A DNA stretch of 64,000 nucleotides, taken from the NCBI GenBank assembly GCA_045632405.1, contig JAZQWO010000054.1, positions 2,291 through 66,290 of the forward strand. Reading direction: 5' to 3'. A model generated the notes under the pieces. The model was not told the origin of the DNA. It worked only from the letters and a program-made list of their open reading frames with translations, and ran no database searches. The translations under genes were made by a program, and so were the position numbers. Origin of the DNA: Eubacteriales bacterium (GTDB lineage: Bacteria > Bacillota > Clostridia > Oscillospirales > CAG-272). Position 1 is the first letter of the stretch, and the number at the start of each line of letters is the position of its first letter. Shown piece after piece: positions 10,356-19,363 of this stretch.

Positions 10356-11381
10356 CTAGCGCTGAACGCGTCCGCTTCCGCCACCCTTAATAAGTCCTTC
10401 AACCTCTGCTACGGAAACAAGGTTGTAGTCACCAAGGATAGTGTGCTTCAAGCAGGATGCAGCAACGGCAAATTCGATAACATCCTGTGATGACTTGTTC
10501 ATCAAGCAAGCGTAAATCAAGCCACCGCCAAAGGAGTCACCGCCGCCAACACGGTCAACGATATGTATATTGTATGAGCGAGAGAAATAATACTCATTCT
10601 CTGCCTTATCGTAAAGCATAGCCGCCCAAATGTTGTCATTTGCGGAAATGCTTGTACGAAGTGTGATAGCAACTCTCTTGCAGCCGAAGCGGTCGCTAAG
10701 CTGCTTAGCAACACTCTTGTAGCCCTCGTGATTAACAACGCCCTTATCAACGTCTGTGTTATCAGCCTTGATGCCGAACACCTTTTCTGCGTCCTCTTCA
10801 TTCGCGATGCAAACATCAACGTAGCTCATAAGCTCGCCCATTACCTTGCCCGCCATTTCGCTTGTCCAAAGGTTCTTTCTAAAGTTAAGGTCACAGCTTG
10901 TTGTGATGCCCTTTGCACGGCAAACCTTCAATGCATCGAGGCAAATTTCGGGAAGCTCACCGCCCAAAGCTGGAGTGATGCCTGTGAAGTGGAACCAGTT
11001 AGCACCGTCCAAAATCCTTTCCCAATCAAAATCCTCTCTCTTTGCCATTGCAATAGCAGAGTAGGCTCTGTCATAAATAACCTTGGAAGGACGCTGAGAT
11101 GCGCCTGTTTCAAGATAGTAAATACCAACTCTTTCGCCACCTCTTACAATATCAGAGGTATCAACGCCATAACGACGGAGAGAGTTAACTGCCGCTTGAC
11201 CTATTTCATGCTTTGGAAGCTTTGTAACATAGGAAGCATCTATACCGTAGTTTGCCAAGGAAACAGCCACATTAGCTTCACCGCCGCCGTAGGTTGCGCC
11301 GAAGGTATCTGTCTGCACAAATCTTGTGTAGCCCTGTGGGTTGAGTCTTAGCATAATTTCGCCGAAGCATACTGTTTTCAT
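10356..11381 (-). CDS. kdgK: PfkB-family sugar kinase, 2-dehydro-3-deoxygluconokinase-like
   Basis: I chose the start MKTVCFGEIMLRLNP at 11381, behind a GAGGTGA RBS. The C-terminal motif is GGGDSFGGG. Confidence 0.75.
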   Translation of the reverse strand: MKTVCFGEIMLRLNPQGYTRFVQTDTFGATYGGGEANVAVSLANYGIDASYVTKLPKHEIGQAAVNSLRRYGVDTSDIVRGGERVGIYYLETGASQRPSKVIYDRAYSAIAMAKREDFDWERILDGANWFHFTGITPALGGELPEICLDALKVCRAKGITTSCDLNFRKNLWTSEMAGKVMGELMSYVDVCIANEEDAEKVFGIKADNTDVDKGVVNHEGYKSVAKQLSDRFGCKRVAITLRTSISANDNIWAAMLYDKAENEYYFSRSYNIHIVDRVGGGDSFGGGLIYACLMNKSSQDVIEFAVAASCLKHTILGDYNLVSVAEVEGLIKGGGSGRVQR

Positions 11382-11440
11382 ATTTGTCACCTCATAAAAG
11401 ATTTTTAACACTTAAATTATATATCAAATTTCATTTATAG

Positions 11441-12325
11441 TCAAGAGTTTTGAATGTACTTTTCGTAATAAAATAGGTATTGCTGTGCAATGCCTGCCCA
11501 CTTGCCAAGGGACACCAAATCTATACCGTTTGGAAAGTACCTCTCAAGTGCGCGCTTCATCCACACGTCAATGGGGAACGCCTGGGTTTTGCCAAAGCCA
11601 AAAAGCAAGGCACAGGATGCCACCTTCAAGCCAACGCCCTTGATTTTGCACATTTCAGAAACACATTCATCAAAGGAATCGCACTCCAAAAGCCTATTTA
11701 GCGACACTTCCCCGCCTGTTATTTGTCTGCACGCATCAATTATGTACTTAGCGCGGAAGCCTGTTTTAAGTGCAAAGATTGCCGCCTCACCTGCATCAAA
11801 AAGCACCTCTGCGCAAGGGAATGAATAGTATGTGTTGCCCATAAAGGTGATTGGCTCACCGTATTTTTCGCAAAGGGCTGCCACTATCTTTTTTATTCTT
11901 GGTATGTTGTTATTTTGAGATATGATAAAGGAGCAAATTGCTTCCCACCCATCCTGGCGCAAAATCCTGATACCGCGGGAGCATTCAATCGCCTTGTCCA
12001 TGTGCTCGCTTTTCAAGGATTTTGATATATGCGAGTCAATGGCATCATAATCTGCATCTAAAGCCAAAAAGCTACGCCACGTTTTTTCATAATCCTCTTT
12101 TGTGGCATTATATATGATAATTTCGCTTTCGCTATTTTGTGCAAAGACAACATATTTGCCGAAAGCTACTCCGCCCACCTCATATTCGTTGCCAAAGAGC
12201 GACACAGGGTCGAACCTGAAGCACTGACCACAGTCAAAGGTTTTAAAAACGCTTATACGCGGAATCCCTGTTATTTTCACACCGAAAACTCCGTTTTCTA
12301 AGACAAACGAGGTTATATTTTCCAT
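11441..12325 (-). CDS. HhH-GPD DNA glycosylase (8-oxoguanine DNA glycosylase / AP lyase-like)
   Basis: Motifs IKGVGLKVASCALLFG and FPIDVWMKRALERYF are typical of Ogg-type enzymes. Confidence 0.8.
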   Translation of the reverse strand: MENITSFVLENGVFGVKITGIPRISVFKTFDCGQCFRFDPVSLFGNEYEVGGVAFGKYVVFAQNSESEIIIYNATKEDYEKTWRSFLALDADYDAIDSHISKSLKSEHMDKAIECSRGIRILRQDGWEAICSFIISQNNNIPRIKKIVAALCEKYGEPITFMGNTYYSFPCAEVLFDAGEAAIFALKTGFRAKYIIDACRQITGGEVSLNRLLECDSFDECVSEMCKIKGVGLKVASCALLFGFGKTQAFPIDVWMKRALERYFPNGIDLVSLGKWAGIAQQYLFYYEKYIQNS

Positions 12326-12412
12326 AAATCCTCCTATTTTACAAAAAACTCTTGCAATAATACTATTATAACTTTATAATTAAATTAAATCAATACCTAA
12401 GGAGAAATTTTA

Positions 12413-13129
12413 ATGGAGCAAATTTATACAATTCCTATAAACGAAGCCTTTGAAAAGGGGATGGAGGAAGGAAATTGCGATTGCCCTATGTGCAAGCTTT
12501 ACGACAAGCTGGAGAAAAAAGAGGTTGAAATGACTCTTGGCCCTTCCATGATGGAGCCTGCCACAAGAATAGAAACAAACGAAAAGGGCTTTTGCCACGC
12601 GCATTACCGTATGCTAATGGCAAAGAACAATAGCCTTTCCCTGGCGCTTATTTTGGAAAGCCACTTGACAGAGCAAAAGGGCAAATTGGATGGAAATGCA
12701 CTTTCCCGAATTTTCGGCGGACTTTCAAATAGCCATTTGAAGGCGACCAAGGCGCTGCGCGGCACTTGCTACATTTGTGAAGCGTTGGAATCTAACTTCC
12801 GCCGTGTAATTGACAACACAGTTATGCTATACGACAGTGACCCCAAATTCCGCGAAAAGCTGCTCCACCAAAAATATTTCTGCTTACCACACTATCAAGA
12901 GCTGCTTGAATATGCAAAATCCGCTTTGAACAAAAGAAAATACGCGGATTTCTTTGATGATATTTCTTCTGTAGAAAAGGACTATTTTGAAAAGATAATC
13001 AAGGACGTTTCCTGGTATTGCAAGAAATTTGATTACAGATACGAAAACGAGCCTTGGTATGACTCCAAGGATGCGGTTGAGCGCGCGGTGCGCTTTCTTT
13101 CAAGCGGTATTGCTCCCGATAAAAAATAA
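12413..13129 (+). CDS. Cys-rich hypothetical protein (resembles the DUF6062 family)
   Basis: 238-aa ORF with a good RBS. CxC/CxxC pairs (CDCPMC, CYIC, FCLPHY). The family name is from memory only. Confidence 0.55.
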   Translation: MEQIYTIPINEAFEKGMEEGNCDCPMCKLYDKLEKKEVEMTLGPSMMEPATRIETNEKGFCHAHYRMLMAKNNSLSLALILESHLTEQKGKLDGNALSRIFGGLSNSHLKATKALRGTCYICEALESNFRRVIDNTVMLYDSDPKFREKLLHQKYFCLPHYQELLEYAKSALNKRKYADFFDDISSVEKDYFEKIIKDVSWYCKKFDYRYENEPWYDSKDAVERAVRFLSSGIAPDKK

Positions 13130-13130
13130 C

Positions 13131-13169
13131 AAAAAAGAGAAAACTCGACCTCGAGTTTTCTCTTTTTTT
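13131..13169. terminator. bidirectional rho-independent terminator
   Basis: AGAGAAAACTCGA-CC-TCGAGTTTTCTCT flanked by an A-run and a T-run. Confidence 0.8.
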
Positions 13170-13170
13170 G

Positions 13171-14676
13171 TTATTCAAGTGTTGCTAACAATCCGTTGAA
13201 GGTAACAGCGTTTGAAAGGGTTGCGCTCTGCGCGTTGCCGTCAAGGTAGAGAACCTGACCGTTTACTATAACGTATGCGGTGAGATAAAGCTCCTTGTCG
13301 GTATGATTGAAGGGCACACCGTTATTTTCGCTCTGCAAGCCTGTTATCTTAATATCAGCAATTGTATTTTTGGTTGTATGCGCCATCAGGTTTGCATTGA
13401 TAGTGCCACGCTTTGCCACTGTTCCATCAAATGCACAGTCACCTACAAGCTCCTTATTGGCGGCAAGCAAGCCATACTCACTGATTTTAAATTCATCAGA
13501 CACGTTACCGTTATAAAATTCAAGCGCCTGATAATTAATTCTGATGCCGAACACAATAGATGGCGCTCCCACCTTTGTGCAGGAATAGCCGAGAGAATTA
13601 AAGATTGGGTCAAGGGATGCGCCTGTTAGTGACTTCTCGCAGTCTTTGCAGGATTTGCTCATAGCACCGCTTGCAAAAAAGCTATCGTACTCAATTTTTG
13701 CATCTCCGTAGTTATGTGTAGGGGCAACGGGGTTGCCGACACTTGCACTATTTGCGTTAAAATAAACCTTGGGCAGGTAATCCTGGAAGGTTTTGCCCGC
13801 ACAATCTGCCTGTGCAGGGTTTGAAAGAATAATATGCACAAGGCCACTATACGGATTTCTTTGTGAACCGCTTGCAAAATAAAATGCGCCTGTGTTACTA
13901 CCACTCTCTGTAATATTCAACTGTGTAACGTCACATTGGAATTCTATATACTTTACATTGGAGCTTCCGCTATGTTCTCTTGTGCTGAACGTCTCGCCCT
14001 CAATGTTCTTAACATCAGGACCGAAAACAATGCCTGTAACACCTAAGCCAATGCCATTATCAAACGCCTTATATTTAATAGTTTCGGCATTTATATAAAG
14101 CTCGCCCTTCATGGCGCTGCATCTAATAAAAGCGTTTCCTTCAATTACCTTCAATTTGGCAGGAAAATTTTCCAACCTTGCAAGTCTAGTTGCCGAACCC
14201 AAAAAGTAACTGGGAATTATTGTAATCGAATTGTTTTCACCAAAATCAAACGATCTTAATTGTCCTGCGCAATCATTAAGGTCTGTGACTGTATTCGTGG
14301 TGCTTGGAAGAACAACCGCGCCGCACTTGCCGTTGAAGTAACCGTTTCTTTTAATGCCGCCGTTAAAGTCTATTTTAGTAACTGTAGTTTCTCCCATTTT
14401 TTCGGGGAAAATATATTTTGCCAAATATTTGCTACCAAGAGATATGCCAAGGCGGTCAAGCTCTGCTTTGATAGCACTGTCATTCAAGCCGTAAATACTT
14501 GCCGCACCTGTATAATATTCCTCGCCCTTGAAAACAACAAAATACTCTGCTTGATCGTTTTCAGTCTTTAAAATTTCGGGGATTTCTTCGGTGTATGCAC
14601 TCTGCGCGCTAACTGTTACGACAAATGCGCAAAGAGCAATCAACGCCACCGCAAGAGTTAAAATTATCTTTTTCAT
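13171..14676 (-). CDS. secreted BspA-type leucine-rich-repeat protein with a C-terminal domain shared with 33275-34459
   Basis: Signal peptide MKKIILTLAVALIALCAFVVTVSA. LRR_5-like repeats (IEGNAFIRCSAMKGELYI...). C-terminal PIFNSLGYS... domain. Confidence 0.75.
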   Translation of the reverse strand: MKKIILTLAVALIALCAFVVTVSAQSAYTEEIPEILKTENDQAEYFVVFKGEEYYTGAASIYGLNDSAIKAELDRLGISLGSKYLAKYIFPEKMGETTVTKIDFNGGIKRNGYFNGKCGAVVLPSTTNTVTDLNDCAGQLRSFDFGENNSITIIPSYFLGSATRLARLENFPAKLKVIEGNAFIRCSAMKGELYINAETIKYKAFDNGIGLGVTGIVFGPDVKNIEGETFSTREHSGSSNVKYIEFQCDVTQLNITESGSNTGAFYFASGSQRNPYSGLVHIILSNPAQADCAGKTFQDYLPKVYFNANSASVGNPVAPTHNYGDAKIEYDSFFASGAMSKSCKDCEKSLTGASLDPIFNSLGYSCTKVGAPSIVFGIRINYQALEFYNGNVSDEFKISEYGLLAANKELVGDCAFDGTVAKRGTINANLMAHTTKNTIADIKITGLQSENNGVPFNHTDKELYLTAYVIVNGQVLYLDGNAQSATLSNAVTFNGLLATLE

Positions 14677-14677
14677 A

Positions 14678-15937
14678 TTAGTTCAATCCTGCAATCTCGG
14701 AGACAGTCTGTCCTTCTGTCCAAGTGATGTTTGCGTATGTGTATTCGCCGTAGGACATAAATTCTCTTGCAAGGCCTGCCTTATGAAGCTCGTGTAGCTC
14801 GTGAGGAGAAACAAGCCCCTTAAAGTCATTGTAATCGTTTGTGTCCCAGTTGTAGAAGTCTGTTACAATATACTTAATGTCTGCTGTATATGTCTTAACT
14901 CCGTTAACCTCTGCAACTGTCAGATTAATAACATCAACATCGTCAAAGTAAGAGCCGATCGCATATTGCCAATTTTGTGTTGCCAATTGCCACTGCATAG
15001 GATGACCCTCTACAAGCTGATTAACCGTCAAGCTTTTGCCTGTTACAGCCAACTGCTCTGCTGCACGAAGAGCTCTGTTTATCGCAGTATTTCTACATGA
15101 AAGAGCACCGCTGTCATCTTTCATAAACTTCAAAACATCAATGTTCTTTGTCGCGCCTGTATTTTCGAGGTAATGCGCCATAAAGTCTGATGCCGCAGGC
15201 ATATCAATCAAGCTGCCACCCGCCGCGATAAGCTTTGCCATACCGAGAACGCCCGGGTCTAAGAACCAGCTGCCGTTAATTTGCTTGTCTGACAAATATG
15301 TGCCTACATTGTAGTCTGCATTCGACGCATTCTGCTGCTTGATTCTATCGGCCGCAGGGGCTGTGACACCATTGATGGAGTAGGTAAAGCCATCAACAGT
15401 AACCTCTTCGGGAGCTGTCAAGGATTCGTAAGAAGCGGTGTTTTCAACCTTTTCGGTTGTTTTGTCTGCTACGTATTTCACGCTATCGCTTTCAAGAACG
15501 AAAACGGAAATAACAAGATTCTTTGTATAATATGCTTTTTCAAGATTTGTTACGCGAACGGAAATTCTTGCGGTTTTCTCAGTCAAGGGAACAACCACAA
15601 TTTTGTCCTTGTTAGCGCCTGTTGCCTTGCCTGTTGAAAAATCAATTGGCAAGCCGTTTTCAATATTGTCCTCATAAGCGATAACTACGCCATACTTGAG
15701 TGCTTTGCCTATTGCCTTTTCATAGCTTTCTAAGGCATCAACATCAACTGTGTACTCACAGCAAATGCTATTTGTTTCCTCATCAATTGCATAGCCGAGG
15801 AAGTTAAAAATTGGGGCTTCGCCATTTGCTCCGCTTTGTGTATAGTCGCTATATATGCCGTTTGCAAAAACGGAAAGTGCGAAAACACACACCGCCATAA
15901 TAGCAATAGCGAAGACTAAGGTTAATTTTTTCTTCAT
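14678..15937 (-). CDS. secreted protein of unknown function
   Basis: Signal peptide. The N-terminal PIFNFLGYA... domain is related to the C-termini of 13171-14676 and 33275-34459. The C-terminal part of about 200 aa is unrecognised. A 1-nt gap to the next gene suggests an operon. Confidence 0.7.
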   Translation of the reverse strand: MKKKLTLVFAIAIMAVCVFALSVFANGIYSDYTQSGANGEAPIFNFLGYAIDEETNSICCEYTVDVDALESYEKAIGKALKYGVVIAYEDNIENGLPIDFSTGKATGANKDKIVVVPLTEKTARISVRVTNLEKAYYTKNLVISVFVLESDSVKYVADKTTEKVENTASYESLTAPEEVTVDGFTYSINGVTAPAADRIKQQNASNADYNVGTYLSDKQINGSWFLDPGVLGMAKLIAAGGSLIDMPAASDFMAHYLENTGATKNIDVLKFMKDDSGALSCRNTAINRALRAAEQLAVTGKSLTVNQLVEGHPMQWQLATQNWQYAIGSYFDDVDVINLTVAEVNGVKTYTADIKYIVTDFYNWDTNDYNDFKGLVSPHELHELHKAGLAREFMSYGEYTYANITWTEGQTVSEIAGLN

Positions 15938-16001
15938 ATTCTCTCTCCTTTGGAATACTTTTACAATTCTATCATACCATAGTGCACTGTCTTTGTCAAT
16001 A

Positions 16002-16655
16002 TTATTTTAATATTATAAAGAGCGCAATCATTACCGCCATCAAGGCAAGAGAGAAAATCAGCACCAAGGGGTTAAAGCGCATAGCCTTGTCGCCCTCTCG
16101 CCGTCCAATAAAGCCCGCACCTCTCATAGCGGTGACAAATGGCTTGTAAATTATCATAACCAAGGCGGAATTAAGACCGCATTTAATTACATTAAAGGGT
16201 AAAAATACGGGCAGAAGCATAGATGCAATCACGCTTCTTGGCACATCCATATAAAACGGCGTTACTATGTAATTCCAAAGAAGCATCAGAGCAACGGTTA
16301 CAAGGGATGAAACGGTCAAGCCTATAACCGCGCCGCTGACTTTCTTGATTTTTTTGTAAATCAGCGCGGAAACGCAGGCGAAGGATGCGCTTGAAATAAC
16401 ATTCATAAAAAACCCGATAATGCCTGTTGTGCTAATGGTCATAAGCTCCAAAAAAGAAACTATTACGGAAATGATAAGTGCCGCCAAGGGACCTATCGAA
16501 AAGCCTGCCATAACTATTATGGCATCCTTGGGGTCGTACCTTAAAAAATCACCGAAGGTGATTGGCACAAAGTGACCTATCAATGTAAAAAGATATGCGA
16601 GAGCCGAGAGCATACCAATGAGCGTTATTTTTCTTGTTCTGCTTATTTTTTCCAT
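16002..16655 (-). CDS. ribU: ECF transporter S component, riboflavin-type
   Basis: 217-aa polytopic membrane protein lying directly behind an FMN riboswitch. Confidence 0.8.
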   Translation of the reverse strand: MEKISRTRKITLIGMLSALAYLFTLIGHFVPITFGDFLRYDPKDAIIVMAGFSIGPLAALIISVIVSFLELMTISTTGIIGFFMNVISSASFACVSALIYKKIKKVSGAVIGLTVSSLVTVALMLLWNYIVTPFYMDVPRSVIASMLLPVFLPFNVIKCGLNSALVMIIYKPFVTAMRGAGFIGRREGDKAMRFNPLVLIFSLALMAVMIALFIILK

Positions 16656-16670
16656 ATCTACCTCGAAAAT

Positions 16671-16850
16671 AAAAAATCCACCTGTGCTTCAGGTGGCGAA
16701 AAACGGCAGGGAGTGTCCATAAAACACGCCCAAAAGCCAACAACCTCTTCCATCCGGACTATCACCGTCGGTCTCGGAGTTGCACCGAGTCAACGCGCAC
16801 GCGCTTGCGGACTATACCGCCGATAAGGAATTACACCTATCCCTGAAGTA
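16671..16850 (-). promoter_or_regulatory. FMN riboswitch (RFN element) with terminator expression platform
   Basis: The minus strand reads CTTCAGGGATAGGTGTAATTCCTTATCGGCGGTATAGTCCGCAAGC...CTCGGTGCAACTCCGAGACCGACGGTGATAGTCCGGATGGAAGAG. It is followed by GCCACCTGAAGCACAGGTGG-TTTTTT. Confidence 0.9.
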
Positions 16851-16874
16851 TTACTATTTTATTCGTTTTTTAAT

Positions 16875-16903
16875 ATTTTAGCACTATGCGCTCATTTAGT
16901 CAA
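16875..16903 (-). promoter_or_regulatory. promoter of the FMN riboswitch-ribU unit
   Basis: TTGACT, 17 nt, TAAAAT on the minus strand. Confidence 0.5.
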
Positions 16904-16970
16904 GTATTTTGTTTACAAAACAGAAATTATGTGGTAGAATAACCTTGTAGTTTATTTTTCGAGGTTTATA

Positions 16971-17990
16971 ATGGAAAAGAAGCATATTTGTATTTTACAC
17001 ACAGGCGGCACTATCGGTATGGTGCGCAGCCAGCAGGGCTATTTGCCAAAAAGCGGTTATTTGGAAACTGCGCTTTCTGCTATTCCCGACCTTATGGCAG
17101 AAAGCATGCCCCATTATACATTTGTTGAAATGAATCCCTTGCTTGACTCCTCAGATATGGCGGTTAACGACTGGAACAAGATAGGCGAGGAAATTGCGAA
17201 AAGATATGAGGACTTTGACGGCTTTGTTGTTCTGCACGGAACGGACACTATGGCATATACTGCCGCCGCACTTTCCTTTATGCTAAAAAACCTTAACAAG
17301 CCTGTTGTTTTGACAGGCTCGCAAATTCCACTTTGCGAGGTTAGAAGCGACGGTGTGGATAACATTGTCACCTCATTGATAATTGCGGGGGACGCCCGTG
17401 TGCGCGAGGTTTGCCTTTACTTCGGTGGTAGGCTTTTGCGTGGCAACAGAGCAACAAAAATGTCGGCTGACGGACTTTTGGCATTTGATTCTCCAAACTG
17501 TCCGCGTCTTGCAGAAGCAGGCATCAGCATAAGGTACTTGCCTGTGCCACCCCCACCAAAGTGTGACGAGGGAGCGCCCCTTACCCTTTGCAAATTTGCA
17601 GATGTGCCAATCGGCGTTTTGAAGGTTTTCCCCGGTATCAGCTTCCCTATTTTCGATAAATTGATGACGGAAAAGCTACGCGGCATCGTGCTTGAAACCT
17701 TTGGCGCAGGCAACATTCCGGGCGAGGGCGATAGCCTTTTGCCTATTATCAGAAAGGCATTTAATGCAGGAAGTGTTGTGGCGGTTTGCTCACAATGCCC
17801 ACAGGGCACGGTTTCCTTGGGCACTTATGCCACAAGCTCCCCCCTCAAGGATGCAGGTGCTGTCAGTGGCTTTGATATGACAACGGAAGCCGCAGTTGCC
17901 AAGCTCTACTACCTCTTTAGCCAAGGCTTTTCCAAGGAAGAAATTAAACGCTTGATGGAAGAGAACCTACGCGGAGAACTAACAAAGTAA
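16971..17990 (+). CDS. ansA: type I L-asparaginase
   Basis: Motifs ILHTGGTIGM and HGTDTMAYTAAALS. Confidence 0.9.
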   Translation: MEKKHICILHTGGTIGMVRSQQGYLPKSGYLETALSAIPDLMAESMPHYTFVEMNPLLDSSDMAVNDWNKIGEEIAKRYEDFDGFVVLHGTDTMAYTAAALSFMLKNLNKPVVLTGSQIPLCEVRSDGVDNIVTSLIIAGDARVREVCLYFGGRLLRGNRATKMSADGLLAFDSPNCPRLAEAGISIRYLPVPPPPKCDEGAPLTLCKFADVPIGVLKVFPGISFPIFDKLMTEKLRGIVLETFGAGNIPGEGDSLLPIIRKAFNAGSVVAVCSQCPQGTVSLGTYATSSPLKDAGAVSGFDMTTEAAVAKLYYLFSQGFSKEEIKRLMEENLRGELTK

Positions 17991-18137
17991 ATTTCACATA
18001 CCGTTGATTTACCTTTACTACCCTTCCACCGCTTTTGTTGCTTCATGCTAATTTACTGTGAGTGCGTTGCGGTCCCCCTCCCCTCACAAGTGGAGGCAAA
18101 AACGGAAGAAAATTTGCGCGGAGAACTAACAAAATAA
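17991..18137 (+). repeat. family-2 intergenic element (core about 18021-18096) plus a second, diverged copy of the last 33 nt of ansA (18105-18137)
   Basis: The signature CCCTTCCACCGC...CGTTGCGGTCCCCCTCCC-loop-GGAGGC is homologous to 32961-33046. The sequence 17958-17990 recurs at 18105-18137 with 5 mismatches. Confidence 0.75.
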
Positions 18138-18143
18138 AAGTAT

Positions 18144-18171
18144 AAAAGTCCGACACGTGTCGGACTTTTTT
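18144..18171. terminator. bidirectional rho-independent terminator
   Basis: AAAA-GTCCGACAC-GTGTCGGAC-TTTTTT. Confidence 0.8.
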
Positions 18172-18370
18172 AATCTGGAACATATTCCATTATATCTTCG
18201 ATTTTACACTCTAAGGCAGAGCAAAGCTTGTTTAGCGTTTTGGTTTCAATATTGTCATTCGCTTTTAGCCTACGTATAGTTTTGCTATCAATTCCGCATT
18301 CCTCACGTAGCTTATAGGTTGAAACACCCTTTTCCTTCATTAAATCCCACAATTTATCAAAAGCTATCAT
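18170..18370 (-). CDS. small XRE-family helix-turn-helix protein
   Basis: 66 aa. ...VSTYKLREECGIDSKTIRRLKANDNIETKTLNKLCSALECKIEDIMEY is a typical Cro/C1 HTH. Confidence 0.8.
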   Translation of the reverse strand: MIAFDKLWDLMKEKGVSTYKLREECGIDSKTIRRLKANDNIETKTLNKLCSALECKIEDIMEYVPD

Positions 18371-18379
18371 TTTTCAACC

Positions 18380-19363
18380 TCATATTGATAAATTATTCTT
18401 CCAAGCATATTTAAGAGTAGATGGAATTCTTTTAACCCTAACCATTTTGACAAGAGCATTGTCTATCTTTTCATACATTAGCGTTTCATAAGTATAAATT
18501 TCACCAAGACGTTCCATTTCTTTTTTTGCTTCAGACAAATTTTCAGTAGATATATAACTTTTTGCTAATTCATTTATTTGCTTTTCTCTATGCTCTTCGA
18601 TTTCTTTTTCAGTCGGAATAACATTTTCGCCTATCATATCACGCAACGCATAAAAAATCATTTCTGCGCGCATGCTCTCCTTTATATACTCATCAGCACT
18701 CATATACGGATAATTTGAAGCAATATCTTCCACACTTTGCCTAAACATATTCTCCACGAACCGTTTCATTTGCTCGTACTCTTTTTGCGGATAGGTCAAA
18801 ATCACAGTCTCTTCTAAAAACTCATCTATTTTACAAAGCAAATTGTTCACAAAAATGTGTTCTTCAAGCTTTTCTGTGCTTTCAGCATGAATATCACATT
18901 CCTTTGCGAAAATATCATTGTACTGCGGAGCAGTTAGAAAGCCATTTACCGTTATATCAAAAATCACTTTTTGTTCGGCATCCAGCAAATTGTTTGTAGG
19001 AAATGAAAACCTGATTTTCTTGCTTTCTCCTACCGACATTCCCACAATTTCTTTTTCCAAATCCTCATAGCTTAACTGTGCGCCAAGATAAACGGGCTCG
19101 TTTTCAGCCTTATCCAAAACTACATTTTCTCCGTTTTCTTGTACCACGGAACCGTTTTCGTCAACGAGATACGCAACATATGATACCTTTACTATGTCCC
19201 CAAGCTGTGCTTTCTTGTCCTCATTATGCATCGATTCCTTGGCGTTTAGTAGCAAAAGTGTGCTCACAGCTCTATCAATATCGTCTTGATGCACCTCAAA
19301 TTCATGCGCCATAATATCAGGCAATTCAACCAGCTTTGACATATCGTAATCATATTTTTTCAT
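18380..19363 (-). CDS. trigger-factor-like protein with an FKBP-type PPIase-like domain
   Basis: GDIVKVSYVAYLVDENG...VGMSVGESKKIRFSFP follows the trigger factor PPIase pattern. The C-terminal part is helical. Confidence 0.55.
   Translation of the reverse strand: MKKYDYDMSKLVELPDIMAHEFEVHQDDIDRAVSTLLLLNAKESMHNEDKKAQLGDIVKVSYVAYLVDENGSVVQENGENVVLDKAENEPVYLGAQLSYEDLEKEIVGMSVGESKKIRFSFPTNNLLDAEQKVIFDITVNGFLTAPQYNDIFAKECDIHAESTEKLEEHIFVNNLLCKIDEFLEETVILTYPQKEYEQMKRFVENMFRQSVEDIASNYPYMSADEYIKESMRAEMIFYALRDMIGENVIPTEKEIEEHREKQINELAKSYISTENLSEAKKEMERLGEIYTYETLMYEKIDNALVKMVRVKRIPSTLKYAWKNNLSI

Noticed and set aside
17988-18137. Programmed stop-codon read-through of ansA into the 48-codon open extension.
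   Set aside because: The analogous extension behind citrate synthase closes after 10 codons. There is no read-through context that I can identify. The open frame over 38 codons may be chance.
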